NCBI GenBank assembly: GCA_046757025.1
Contig: JBHHXN010000022.1
Span: forward strand, 1-47,822
Length of the DNA: 47,822 nucleotides
Source of the DNA: a bacterium
Lineage (GTDB): Bacteria > Zhuqueibacterota > Zhuqueibacteria > Oceanimicrobiales > Oceanimicrobiaceae
Reading direction: 5' to 3'
Shown: positions 34,823 to 43,238 of the stretch, piece by piece
How the letters are laid out: each line of letters starts with the position of its first letter
Position numbering within the stretch: the stretch's first letter is position 1
Made by a program: the position numbers and the translations under genes
Notes under the pieces: generated by a model
Told to the model about the DNA's origin: nothing
The model's database searches: none
Seen by the model: only the letters and a program-made list of their open reading frames with translations

Positions 34823-36031
34823 ATGTTGAAAAAGAATATTTCTCTTAAAATATTGATTATTTTATTCGCCTGTCTCAATACAAACTACCTGTTGGGTGGT
34901 TCATTTTATTCTTCGAAAGGAGTGGGGTTGGTGCGATATTTTGTGAGCGGCCGCAGTGTGGGAATGGGTGGCATCGGTCTGGCTGTGGCCGATCCCTATA
35001 TGGTGAATTATTTAAATCCGGCTTCGCTTTCTGCCATCTCCCTGACCACCATATCTGGTAATATGATTCACGAAGCCACAGATTTGAAAAATTCAACTCA
35101 AGATGCTTTTATCACCGACACCAATGTCGCGGGTCTGCAATTTCTCATTCCATTCAAAAGAAATGTCATGGTGTTATCGATAGGTGTTAATCCTTACAGT
35201 GCCATTGAATATACTTTTATAAAACAAGATAGTATCAGCGAGAAACAATTCACCCAGATTATCAGCGGCGATGGCGGCGTCAATACCGCTACCTTGAGTC
35301 TGTCGATCAGACCTTTTAGCCGCCTCTATTTGGGGGTGACTGGGCTATTTTATTTTGGCACACTGCGAAATAAATGGCAGGTTAATTTCGATACCATTGA
35401 ATTCAGAAATAGTCGAGATGAAGTAGGACAAAGTTTTACGGCTGGTAGTGTGCGTTTGGGGGCAATCGTAAAAGTGCTACCGAATTGGAGTGTGGGAGCG
35501 GTCTTCTCACCGGCGGTCACCCTGGATGCAAAAAAAACGATCACCTTAGAACGGCTGGCCGAATTTTCAGATTTTCCGAAGACAGATTTCGAAGTCCCCA
35601 TCGCTTTTGGATTCGGCACCGCGCTGACCATTCAAAAAAAGCTTATGTTCGGGATCGATTATTATACTCAAAAATGGAGCGACACAAAAGACATCGATTA
35701 CGTGAACGACAGCCAGAGAATCGGCGTCGGTTTAGAGTTTTTCCCGAACGGTTCAATAAATGATTCCTATTTTACGAAAGTAGCTTATCGTCTTGGTTTT
35801 TATTACCATGATTTAGGTCTGGAGGAAGCTTCCGGCGAAAAGGTAACTGAAATTTTCGGTTCAATCGGGCTGGGTTTGCCCATTAAATGGTCTGCTGCTA
35901 GAATTGACCTGGCGCTGGAGGCGGGTAGACGAGGTTCGCTTTCACGGAACACGTTTAAAGAGTCTATCATTCGAATTACGGGTAGCGTATCCGTGGGAGA
36001 AAGGTGGTTTTACCGCGGCGGCAATCGATAA
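34823..36031 (+). CDS. Outer-membrane beta-barrel of the FadL/OmpP1-like superfamily (FCB-type; possible BAM-associated barrel)
   Basis: Signal peptide; SFYSSKGVG..GRSVGMGG..NPASLS N-terminal plug motifs; alternating aromatic strands; C-terminal EAGRRG..E..RITGSVSVGERWF. Confidence 0.8.
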   Translation: MLKKNISLKILIILFACLNTNYLLGGSFYSSKGVGLVRYFVSGRSVGMGGIGLAVADPYMVNYLNPASLSAISLTTISGNMIHEATDLKNSTQDAFITDTNVAGLQFLIPFKRNVMVLSIGVNPYSAIEYTFIKQDSISEKQFTQIISGDGGVNTATLSLSIRPFSRLYLGVTGLFYFGTLRNKWQVNFDTIEFRNSRDEVGQSFTAGSVRLGAIVKVLPNWSVGAVFSPAVTLDAKKTITLERLAEFSDFPKTDFEVPIAFGFGTALTIQKKLMFGIDYYTQKWSDTKDIDYVNDSQRIGVGLEFFPNGSINDSYFTKVAYRLGFYYHDLGLEEASGEKVTEIFGSIGLGLPIKWSAARIDLALEAGRRGSLSRNTFKESIIRITGSVSVGERWFYRGGNR

Positions 36032-36049
36032 ATTATTGTAACAATTTCC

Positions 36050-36078
36050 TTGCTTTTTTATCAAAATATTACTATGAT
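36050..36078 (+). promoter_or_regulatory. Putative sigma70 promoter for the TPR-glyA-nrdR genes
   Basis: TTGCTT-N17-TATGAT. Confidence 0.55.
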
Positions 36079-36197
36079 TACGTTTCGAAATTAATGATGA
36101 CAAATTTAACATTTCCCCAACACACTTTAATTAAAATTTCATTCAAATTCATTAATTCATTCAACATAGGTTGTTGAATGAATAGGGAGGTTTTAAA

Positions 36198-37481
36198 GTG
36201 AGCCAAGAAAATTTAATTAAACTGTCCCGATTTCCATTTATCAAAATCGGATTGTTCTTTTTAGTATGTATTTTCCTGCTCAACTTGATGGGGGGAGATA
36301 TTTATGCTCAAAAGAGGAAGAAAAAAGGTAAAAACGACAAAAATGAGCAAGTCGATCCGGCCGCTCAGAAGAGGGCCTACATCATGGAGCTGAACAAATT
36401 TTGGAGTTTCGGCTACGAGAATTATAAAAACAAACAGTATGCGGATGCAGCTAAATATTTTTGGAAAGTGACCGAACTGGACACCATCCGTAAATTTCCG
36501 AAAATATATCGCTATCTGGGTGATAGTTATTTTAAGCTTGAAAAACCGGACACCGCAAAAATCGTGTTCGAATTGGGAATTAAAAAATATCCCGAAGATG
36601 CCCACTTACATCGCATGGTGGGTTATATCTCAGAGCAAACCGAACAGATCGAAAGTGCCATATCCGAATACGAAACCGTGGTGAGCCTTGAAAGTGAATC
36701 GGTGGATGATTGGCGGCGCCTGGCGACATTGTATGTTCGCGCTGACCGTATTGAGGATGCCATCGCTGCGTACGATAAATTATTGGCCATTAATCCCGAT
36801 GATTTAGAAGCACAAAAGAACAAGACTGCGTTGATAGCCTCCACCGGCGATATTGAAGCGGTGATTGAAGAGAAAGAAATCGTCAGACAAAGAGATCCGG
36901 AAAATTCACAAGTGCGCTTTGATTTAGGTAAATTGTATTTCGACACTGGGAATTATGAAGTTTCCATCGAAAGGTTTAAAGAGTTTTTAATTTTATCTCC
37001 TAATGACGTTTCTGCATTGGAATATATCGGTGTGGCTTACCAGCGCCTGGAAAAAAATACCGAAGCCATCGCGGAATTTAAAAAAATTCTTGAAATTCAA
37101 AACAACAACAAAAAAGTCATGACCGAGATCAGCCGCTGCTACAAAGAATTGGGAAGATTCACCACCGCGCGAACCTATGCTAAACGCGCATTGGCCATCG
37201 ACAATGTGTACGGTTTAGGCTGGATTGCTTTAGGTGAAGTTTATGAGGCTGCGGCAGAACGATGCTTAAATCGCAAAGGTGGAAAGCTGGATTTTAACGA
37301 TAAGCTTGTGTATGAAATTGCATATCAACAATATAAACGCGCCTTGCAAGATCTTGAATTTAGAAATGAAGCAGAGCGGCATATAAATTATCTGCAGGGT
37401 GTGCTGCCTACCACAGAAGATAAATTTATGCACAAGGATCAAAAGAAACCCCGGGGTGATTGTTATAGCTGGATCAAATAA
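36198..37481 (+). CDS. Exported tetratricopeptide-repeat protein (GTG start)
   Basis: Hydrophobic N-terminal segment ending IYA|Q; multiple TPR units (YLGDSY, DAIAAYDKLLAINPDD, FDLGKLYF, IGVAYQ); AGGGAGG SD. Confidence 0.85.
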   Translation: MSQENLIKLSRFPFIKIGLFFLVCIFLLNLMGGDIYAQKRKKKGKNDKNEQVDPAAQKRAYIMELNKFWSFGYENYKNKQYADAAKYFWKVTELDTIRKFPKIYRYLGDSYFKLEKPDTAKIVFELGIKKYPEDAHLHRMVGYISEQTEQIESAISEYETVVSLESESVDDWRRLATLYVRADRIEDAIAAYDKLLAINPDDLEAQKNKTALIASTGDIEAVIEEKEIVRQRDPENSQVRFDLGKLYFDTGNYEVSIERFKEFLILSPNDVSALEYIGVAYQRLEKNTEAIAEFKKILEIQNNNKKVMTEISRCYKELGRFTTARTYAKRALAIDNVYGLGWIALGEVYEAAAERCLNRKGGKLDFNDKLVYEIAYQQYKRALQDLEFRNEAERHINYLQGVLPTTEDKFMHKDQKKPRGDCYSWIK

Positions 37482-37513
37482 AAGTCTATCTTTGAATATT
37501 TGAAGGCCTTACT

Positions 37514-38812
37514 TTGGAACATTTAAAACAGACGGATCCGCAACTATATAGAGCCATTGTCGATGAAATCAATCGCCAAAATGATAAGTTAGAGCTCATT
37601 GCTTCTGAAAATTTTGTTAGTCTGGCTGTTCTTGAGGCCATGGGACAGGTTATGACTAACAAATACGCGGAAGGCTATCCGGCTAAGAGATATTACGGGG
37701 GATGTGAATATGTAGATGTAGCAGAAGAATTGGCTCGGGAGCGCGCGAAGAAATTATTCAAAGCCGAGCATGCAAACGTTCAACCCCATTCTGGCTCGCA
37801 AGCCAACATCGCAACGTATTTCTCCGTTTTACAGCCTGGGGAAACCATATTAGGAATGAATCTCGCTCATGGCGGTCACCTAACCCACGGCAGCCCGGTG
37901 AATTTTTCCGGACGCATTTTTAGGGTTGTTTTTTATGGAGTCCATCCCGACACCGGATACATCGATATGGATGAGGTTGCTGAGATTGCAAAAAGAGAAA
38001 ATCCAAAATTGATTATCGTGGGCGCCAGCGCTTATTCCAGAAAGATCGATTATGAAGGATTCCGAGCGATTGCAGATGAGGTGAAGGCTTACCTGATTGC
38101 CGATATTGCGCATCCTGCGGGTTTAATTGCCACCGGTCTCATTCCCAGCCCGTTGCCATACTGTCATATCGTTACTACTACCACGCACAAAACTCTCAGA
38201 GGTCCGCGCGGCGGGATGATATTAGTCGGAAAAGATGGGGAAAACGATTTGGGCCTGAAAACGCCCAAAGGCCGAACCAAGCTTTGGTCTGAAATCGTGG
38301 ATTCAAACGTGTTTCCCGGCTTTCAGGGCGGACCGCTCATGCACGTCATTGCTGCCAAAGCTGTGGCTTTCAAAGAAGCGCTGGAGAGCGGATTTAAAGA
38401 TTATTCACGCCAGGTAATTAAAAACGCACAGGCCTTTGCAAACAAATTGATCGATCTGGGCTATGATATCGTGTCAAATGGCACGGATACCCATTTGATG
38501 TTAGTCGATTTGCGAAATAAGGACGTGACGGGCAAACAGGCCGAAAATGTACTGGAAAGCGCGGGCATCACCGTGAACAAAAACATGGTACCATTCGATG
38601 ATAAAAGCCCGTTTATCACCAGCGGTATTCGCATTGGCACGCCGGCTCTGACTACGCGGGGGATGAAAGAAAGTGAAATGGAGGAAATCGCCTTTTTGAT
38701 CGACAAAGTGCTTTCCGATATTCATAATGATGCAACCTTAAAAATGGTCAAAGCACAGGTTGCCGATATATGCAAACGCTATCCCCTCTATGAACAACTA
38801 AGACAAAGTTAA
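37514..38812 (+). CDS. glyA: Serine hydroxymethyltransferase (TTG start)
   Basis: [29 protein letters not shown] (PLP lysine), SGIRIGTP. Confidence 0.99.
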   Translation: MEHLKQTDPQLYRAIVDEINRQNDKLELIASENFVSLAVLEAMGQVMTNKYAEGYPAKRYYGGCEYVDVAEELARERAKKLFKAEHANVQPHSGSQANIATYFSVLQPGETILGMNLAHGGHLTHGSPVNFSGRIFRVVFYGVHPDTGYIDMDEVAEIAKRENPKLIIVGASAYSRKIDYEGFRAIADEVKAYLIADIAHPAGLIATGLIPSPLPYCHIVTTTTHKTLRGPRGGMILVGKDGENDLGLKTPKGRTKLWSEIVDSNVFPGFQGGPLMHVIAAKAVAFKEALESGFKDYSRQVIKNAQAFANKLIDLGYDIVSNGTDTHLMLVDLRNKDVTGKQAENVLESAGITVNKNMVPFDDKSPFITSGIRIGTPALTTRGMKESEMEEIAFLIDKVLSDIHNDATLKMVKAQVADICKRYPLYEQLRQS

Positions 38813-38815
38813 TGC

Positions 38816-39283
38816 ATGCGTTGTCCCTACTGCCAATTTGAAGACAGCAAAGTTATCGATTCTCGTTCCAGCAACGATGGAAAAATCGTTCGTCGACGAC
38901 GAGAGTGTCTCGCTTGTGAACGCCGGTTTACCACCAAAGAATATGTTGAAGAGTCGCCGCTTATGGTGTTTAAAGTCGATGGCCGCAGAGAGCCCTTTGA
39001 TCAGGAAAAGCTCAAACATAGCTTGCAAATTGCTTGTAAAAAGCGTCCGATTTCTACCACTACTATCGATGATTTGGTTAACAAAATTGGGGGACTGCTC
39101 CGGGATAAGTTCCATGAAGAAGTGCCTTCCCGTGAGATCGGCGCCCTTGTAATCGATTATCTTCGCGATATTGACGAAGTGGCTTATGTGCGGTTTGCTT
39201 CCGTATATCGGAATTTTCAAGATAAAGATGAATTTTTAAATGAGTTGCAAGGATTGAAGAATAGTAAATCCAAAGTTAAATAA
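38816..39283 (+). CDS. nrdR: Transcriptional repressor NrdR
   Basis: MRCPYC..VIDSR..RRRRECLAC..RFTT; ATP-cone; VAYVRFASVY. Confidence 0.98.
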   Translation: MRCPYCQFEDSKVIDSRSSNDGKIVRRRRECLACERRFTTKEYVEESPLMVFKVDGRREPFDQEKLKHSLQIACKKRPISTTTIDDLVNKIGGLLRDKFHEEVPSREIGALVIDYLRDIDEVAYVRFASVYRNFQDKDEFLNELQGLKNSKSKVK

Positions 39284-39307
39284 CCAGAAAATTTCTTGAG
39301 CGAAAGT

Positions 39308-39362
39308 GAGCAGATAGTGTTGGCTGCAATGAAATATCAAGTTGAGCGCTATCTGCTCTTTT
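39308..39362 (+). terminator. Long hairpin with T-run between nrdR and tatC (terminator or processing stem)
   Basis: GAGCAGATAGTGTT / AGCGCTATCTGCTC 14-bp stem with two G-U pairs, followed by TTTT. Confidence 0.55.
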
Positions 39363-39390
39363 GCGTGAACCAAATTGAAGATAACTTTAA

Positions 39391-40158
39391 GTGAGCGAAA
39401 AAACAAAAAAAGAAATCAGTGGCCGCAGTAAAGAAATGCCTTTTTTGGAGCATTTAGAAGAATTGAGATGGCGCCTGATTAAATCCATCGTAGCGATAAT
39501 CGTTTTTGCCATCGGTGTTTATTTTTTCTCCGATAAAATCTTAGGCATCTTAATCGATCCCTACAACGACGCCATGGCGACCTTAAACAAAACCAATGTT
39601 CAGAAATTGATCTTTTTGACCCCCACTGGCGGATTCATGATTCACGTCAAGCTGTCGGTTTTCTCTGGAATATTTTTTGCGTTGCCAGTGATTTTTTATC
39701 AAATCTGGCAATTCGTCGTTCCCGGGTTGATGAATAAAGAAAAACGATATGTTCCGGTCGTGGTTTTCTTTTCCACGTTTTGTTTTGTGGTAGGTGCTTT
39801 GTTTTGTTATTTTGTGGTTGTCAGGTACGGTTTAAGGTTTTTGCTGGGATTCGAAACATCCGACCTGATGGCAACCATTTCCATAAACGAATATCTTCAA
39901 TTCATCACCATGTTGATTCTGGTCTTTGGAGTCATTTTTGAGCTGCCCATTCTGGCCTATTTTTTAACCAAAGTCGGCTTTTTAACGCCAGCTTTTATGC
40001 GTCAGTATCGGCGCCATGGGATTGTGATCATGGTGATACTTTCCGCTGTCATCACTCCTCCGGATATTTTTACACAAATTTTATTAGCCGGTCCTTTGAT
40101 CTTGCTCTATGAAATCAGCATTTTGGTTTCAAAACTCGCTTATTCAGAACCTGAATAA
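39391..40158 (+). CDS. tatC: Twin-arginine translocase subunit TatC (GTG start)
   Basis: MPFLEHLEELRWRLI, YQIWQFVVPGL, FGVIFELP, ITPPD, LYEISI. Confidence 0.97.
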   Translation: MSEKTKKEISGRSKEMPFLEHLEELRWRLIKSIVAIIVFAIGVYFFSDKILGILIDPYNDAMATLNKTNVQKLIFLTPTGGFMIHVKLSVFSGIFFALPVIFYQIWQFVVPGLMNKEKRYVPVVVFFSTFCFVVGALFCYFVVVRYGLRFLLGFETSDLMATISINEYLQFITMLILVFGVIFELPILAYFLTKVGFLTPAFMRQYRRHGIVIMVILSAVITPPDIFTQILLAGPLILLYEISILVSKLAYSEPE

Positions 40159-40221
40159 TTGTTTTACAATTTAAATAAAGTAAAAATTATTAAAGTCGAA
40201 ATTTAATAGAGGGAAAACCGT

Positions 40222-40776
40222 ATGGCGATTAAAGCCGATAAATGGATAAAAAAAATGGCTCTTGAACAAGGGATGATTCATCCATTTGTCGAGAATCAAA
40301 TTCGTGAAAAGGTGATCTCCTTTGGCTTGTCTTCTTATGGATACGATGTCCGCATTGCAGATGAGTTTAAAATTTTTACGAACTTGAACTCAACCATTGT
40401 CGATCCCAAACATTTTGACTCAAAATCTTTTGTGGATTTTAAAGGGAATGTTTGTATCATTCCGCCGAATTCGTTTGCCCTGGGTAGAACCATCGAATAT
40501 TTTAAAATTCCCACTCGGGTCATGACGATTTGTGTGGGTAAATCCACTTACGCGCGTTGTGGCATTATTACGAATGTCACGCCGTTGGAACCCGGCTGGG
40601 AAGGTCATGTGACCCTGGAAGTTTCGAATACAACGCCTTTGCCTGCAAAGATATACGCAGGCGAAGGCATTGCACAGATTTTATTTTTTGAAAGCGATGA
40701 AGAATGTCTGGTTTCTTACGCTGAAAAAAAAGGCAAGTATCAGTCACAAACGGGGATTACTTTACCCAAATTATAG
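40222..40776 (+). CDS. dcd: dCTP deaminase
   Basis: [39 protein letters not shown]. Confidence 0.96.
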   Translation: MAIKADKWIKKMALEQGMIHPFVENQIREKVISFGLSSYGYDVRIADEFKIFTNLNSTIVDPKHFDSKSFVDFKGNVCIIPPNSFALGRTIEYFKIPTRVMTICVGKSTYARCGIITNVTPLEPGWEGHVTLEVSNTTPLPAKIYAGEGIAQILFFESDEECLVSYAEKKGKYQSQTGITLPKL

Positions 40777-40809
40777 TCGTTTTGGGTATTAATATGATAT
40801 AGAAATAGT

Positions 40810-41640
40810 ATGTTGAGTAATCATCAATACGCTGATCTGCACCTACATTCATTTCACTCAGATGGGCACTATTCACCAGTCGATTTGATCGATAAAAGCC
40901 TGGCTCAAGGATTAAAAGCCATCGCCATTGTGGATCACGACGAAATTGGCGCGATACCGGAAGCACTACAATATGGGTCTTCCAAAGGCGTCGAAGTGCT
41001 GACTGGTGTGGAGTTGAGTGTGAGTTATAAACACTATGATTTGCATATTTTAGCCTACGGATTTGATCCCGAACACGCGGAGCTGGTTGAATATTTGCAA
41101 TTCTTTAAAGAAGAAAGAATAAAACGGGCCAAGAAAATTGTGGAAATTTTATGCACTCTGGGTATGCCATTATCTTTTGAAGCAGTGCGAAGAATGGCTG
41201 GACCGGGAACCATTGGCCGACCACACATTGCGAAACTTCTGGTGGGTGAAGGGTATGTACATTCTTTTCAAGATGCATTTAATAAATATTTGGGTGATGG
41301 CAAACCGGCAAACGTAAAAAAGTACAAAATAGACTTAGACAGTGCATTTGCGCTGGTAAAAAATGCCGGCGGCGTTTGCTCGATTGCGCATCCCGGTCTT
41401 TTGCTGAAAGACCACGATTTGATCATGTTAATTAAATCAGGAATTGGCTGTATCGAGGTGATCCATCCTCAACATACTCTGGAGCAAACTCAATATTATA
41501 GCGATTTGGCCAAATCGTACGATTTGGTTGAAACAGGTGGTTCCGATTTTCACGGCGGGAGAAAGGGCGAGGAGGTGTTGGGGAAATACAAAATTCCTTA
41601 TGAACAGGTTCTGAGACTGAAATATTTAATTAACGCTTAA
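40810..41640 (+). CDS. PHP-domain phosphoesterase, TrpH/YciV (RNase AM)-like
   Basis: DLHLHSFHSDG, AIVDHD, GVELS, HILAY, GRPHIA, IAHP, GGSDFHG. Confidence 0.88.
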   Translation: MLSNHQYADLHLHSFHSDGHYSPVDLIDKSLAQGLKAIAIVDHDEIGAIPEALQYGSSKGVEVLTGVELSVSYKHYDLHILAYGFDPEHAELVEYLQFFKEERIKRAKKIVEILCTLGMPLSFEAVRRMAGPGTIGRPHIAKLLVGEGYVHSFQDAFNKYLGDGKPANVKKYKIDLDSAFALVKNAGGVCSIAHPGLLLKDHDLIMLIKSGIGCIEVIHPQHTLEQTQYYSDLAKSYDLVETGGSDFHGGRKGEEVLGKYKIPYEQVLRLKYLINA

Positions 41641-41668
41641 TGGCCATCAAAAAACGCTCGTTGCGCCA

Positions 41669-42292
41669 ATGATAATCGAAAGCTTAGAAGTCGGCATGTT
41701 TGCAGAAAACTGTTATATTGTGGGTTGCGAAGAAACCGGCGATGGCGTGCTCATCGACCCCGGAGATGAAGGCCATCGAATTTTACAGAAAATTGCGGCC
41801 ATGCAGTTGTCCATCAAATATATTTTGTTAACCCACGCACACCTGGATCACGTGAAAGAAGTGTTGTCCGTAAATGAAGAGCTCAAGGTGCCGGTGTACC
41901 TGCACCGGGAGGACGCCTTTCTTTTGGAAAATCTGCCGGCACAAGCTGCCGCATTTGGATTGAGCGTTTCGGGAATACCTAAAGTCGATCATTTTGTTGA
42001 AGAAAGCGAAAACATTACATTTGGTAACACACAGTTGCGGGTTTTGCATACCCCCGGACATTCTCCGGGCAGCGTTTCGTATGTTGCCCAAGGAGTGGCG
42101 TTTGTGGGGGATGCGTTGTTTTCCGGCTCCATCGGCAGAACAGATTTACCAGGCGGAAATTATGAACAATTGATTGCGGCGATAAAAAATCGACTGTTTT
42201 CTCTGGATGATAACACGCGTGTGTATGCAGGTCACGGGCCGCCGACCACCATCGGCCAGGAAAAGTTGAGCAATCCATTTTTAGTTGACTAA
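41669..42292 (+). CDS. Metallo-beta-lactamase-fold hydrolase (glyoxalase II/GloC-like)
   Basis: LTHAHLDHV, HTPGHSPGS, GDALFSGSIGRTDLPGG, GHGPPTTIGQE. Confidence 0.9.
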   Translation: MIIESLEVGMFAENCYIVGCEETGDGVLIDPGDEGHRILQKIAAMQLSIKYILLTHAHLDHVKEVLSVNEELKVPVYLHREDAFLLENLPAQAAAFGLSVSGIPKVDHFVEESENITFGNTQLRVLHTPGHSPGSVSYVAQGVAFVGDALFSGSIGRTDLPGGNYEQLIAAIKNRLFSLDDNTRVYAGHGPPTTIGQEKLSNPFLVD

Positions 42293-42325
42293 ATATATAA
42301 AATACAAACGGAATTGTTGGTTTAA

Positions 42326-42994
42326 ATGATGAATCGAGTCACGTTAGAACAGGTAAAAAAAGATCCGCAGGTTCATTCGTACATCAAACGTGCAGATGAA
42401 TACTTAGCGGTTATCGGTTACACTGAGCACGGTACACGCCATTGCGGGTTGGTGGCAAAAGTAGCTTACCAGACTTTAATTCAATTAGGCGTAATTGAAC
42501 GAGAAGCCGAGTTGTGTGCCATTGCAGGCTATTTGCACGATATCGGCAACGTGTTTAATCGGGTTAATCATGCATACACGGGTGCGGTGCTGGCGCACAC
42601 TTTACTCAAGGATTTGGGCATGAACTCCGATGAAATCACTACCATTGTGGCGGCCATTGGCAGCCATGATGACAACGGATATGAGCCCGTCAGCAGCATC
42701 AGTGCCGGGTTGATACTTGCGGATAAATCAGACGTACACCGCTCGCGCGTGCGCAATCCGGATATGATCAATTTTGATATTCATGACCGAGTAAATTACG
42801 CCGTTCAAAAATCCTATTTGCAAGTCGATAAAGAAAAGAATTCCATCACACTTTTTTTAACAATTGACTTGCGCATTTCCTCTGTCATGGAATATTTTGA
42901 GATTTTTTTGAATCGCATGCTTTATTGCAAAAAAGCCGCGCATTTTCTTGGCTGCAAGTTTAATTTGTCGGTGAATGACAATTATTTGTCTTGA
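42326..42994 (+). CDS. HD-superfamily phosphohydrolase, uncharacterised
   Basis: TEHGTRH, YLHDIGN, IGSHD, LADKSDVHRSRV. Confidence 0.85.
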   Translation: MMNRVTLEQVKKDPQVHSYIKRADEYLAVIGYTEHGTRHCGLVAKVAYQTLIQLGVIEREAELCAIAGYLHDIGNVFNRVNHAYTGAVLAHTLLKDLGMNSDEITTIVAAIGSHDDNGYEPVSSISAGLILADKSDVHRSRVRNPDMINFDIHDRVNYAVQKSYLQVDKEKNSITLFLTIDLRISSVMEYFEIFLNRMLYCKKAAHFLGCKFNLSVNDNYLS

Positions 42995-43035
42995 TGTCGC
43001 CTATTGTGGCTTTCAGATGAAACAAGAAAAATTGC

Positions 43036-43064
43036 TTGCAAATTATTGATTTTTTGATTATACT
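43036..43064 (+). promoter_or_regulatory. Putative sigma70 promoter for RNase E/G-rplU-rpmA
   Basis: TTGCAA-N17-TATACT preceded by an A-rich UP-like tract. Confidence 0.6.
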
Positions 43065-43097
43065 ATAGACTTAGTTTGAAACAGATTGGCATAGATG

Positions 43098-43144
43098 AGG
43101 GATAGAAATATCCCTTTTTATTTGTAAAAGTGTTCTTTGAAAAT
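43098..43144 (+). promoter_or_regulatory. GAAA-tetraloop hairpin plus boxA-like element in the RNase E/G leader
   Basis: AGGGATA-GAAA-TATCCCT-TTTT (43098-43119) and GTGTTCTTTGAAAAT (43130-43144), resembling rrn boxA (GYTCTTT(G/A)AAA). Confidence 0.5.
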
Positions 43145-43238
43145 TTCGATTCGACCTTAATATGTAAACTAAAATTTATTTATAGTATAGAAAAATCCTT
43201 TTTGGATTTTACGAAAGAAAGCATGAGACAAAAAAGTT

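Noticed and set aside
37484..37501. boxA-like TATCTTTGAATA upstream of glyA
   Set aside because: Poorer match in an AT-rich 32-nt spacer; likely chance
41669..42292. MBL-fold protein as a beta-lactamase resistance gene
   Set aside because: No signal peptide; THxHxDH plus GRTDLPGG indicates the housekeeping glyoxalase II-like family
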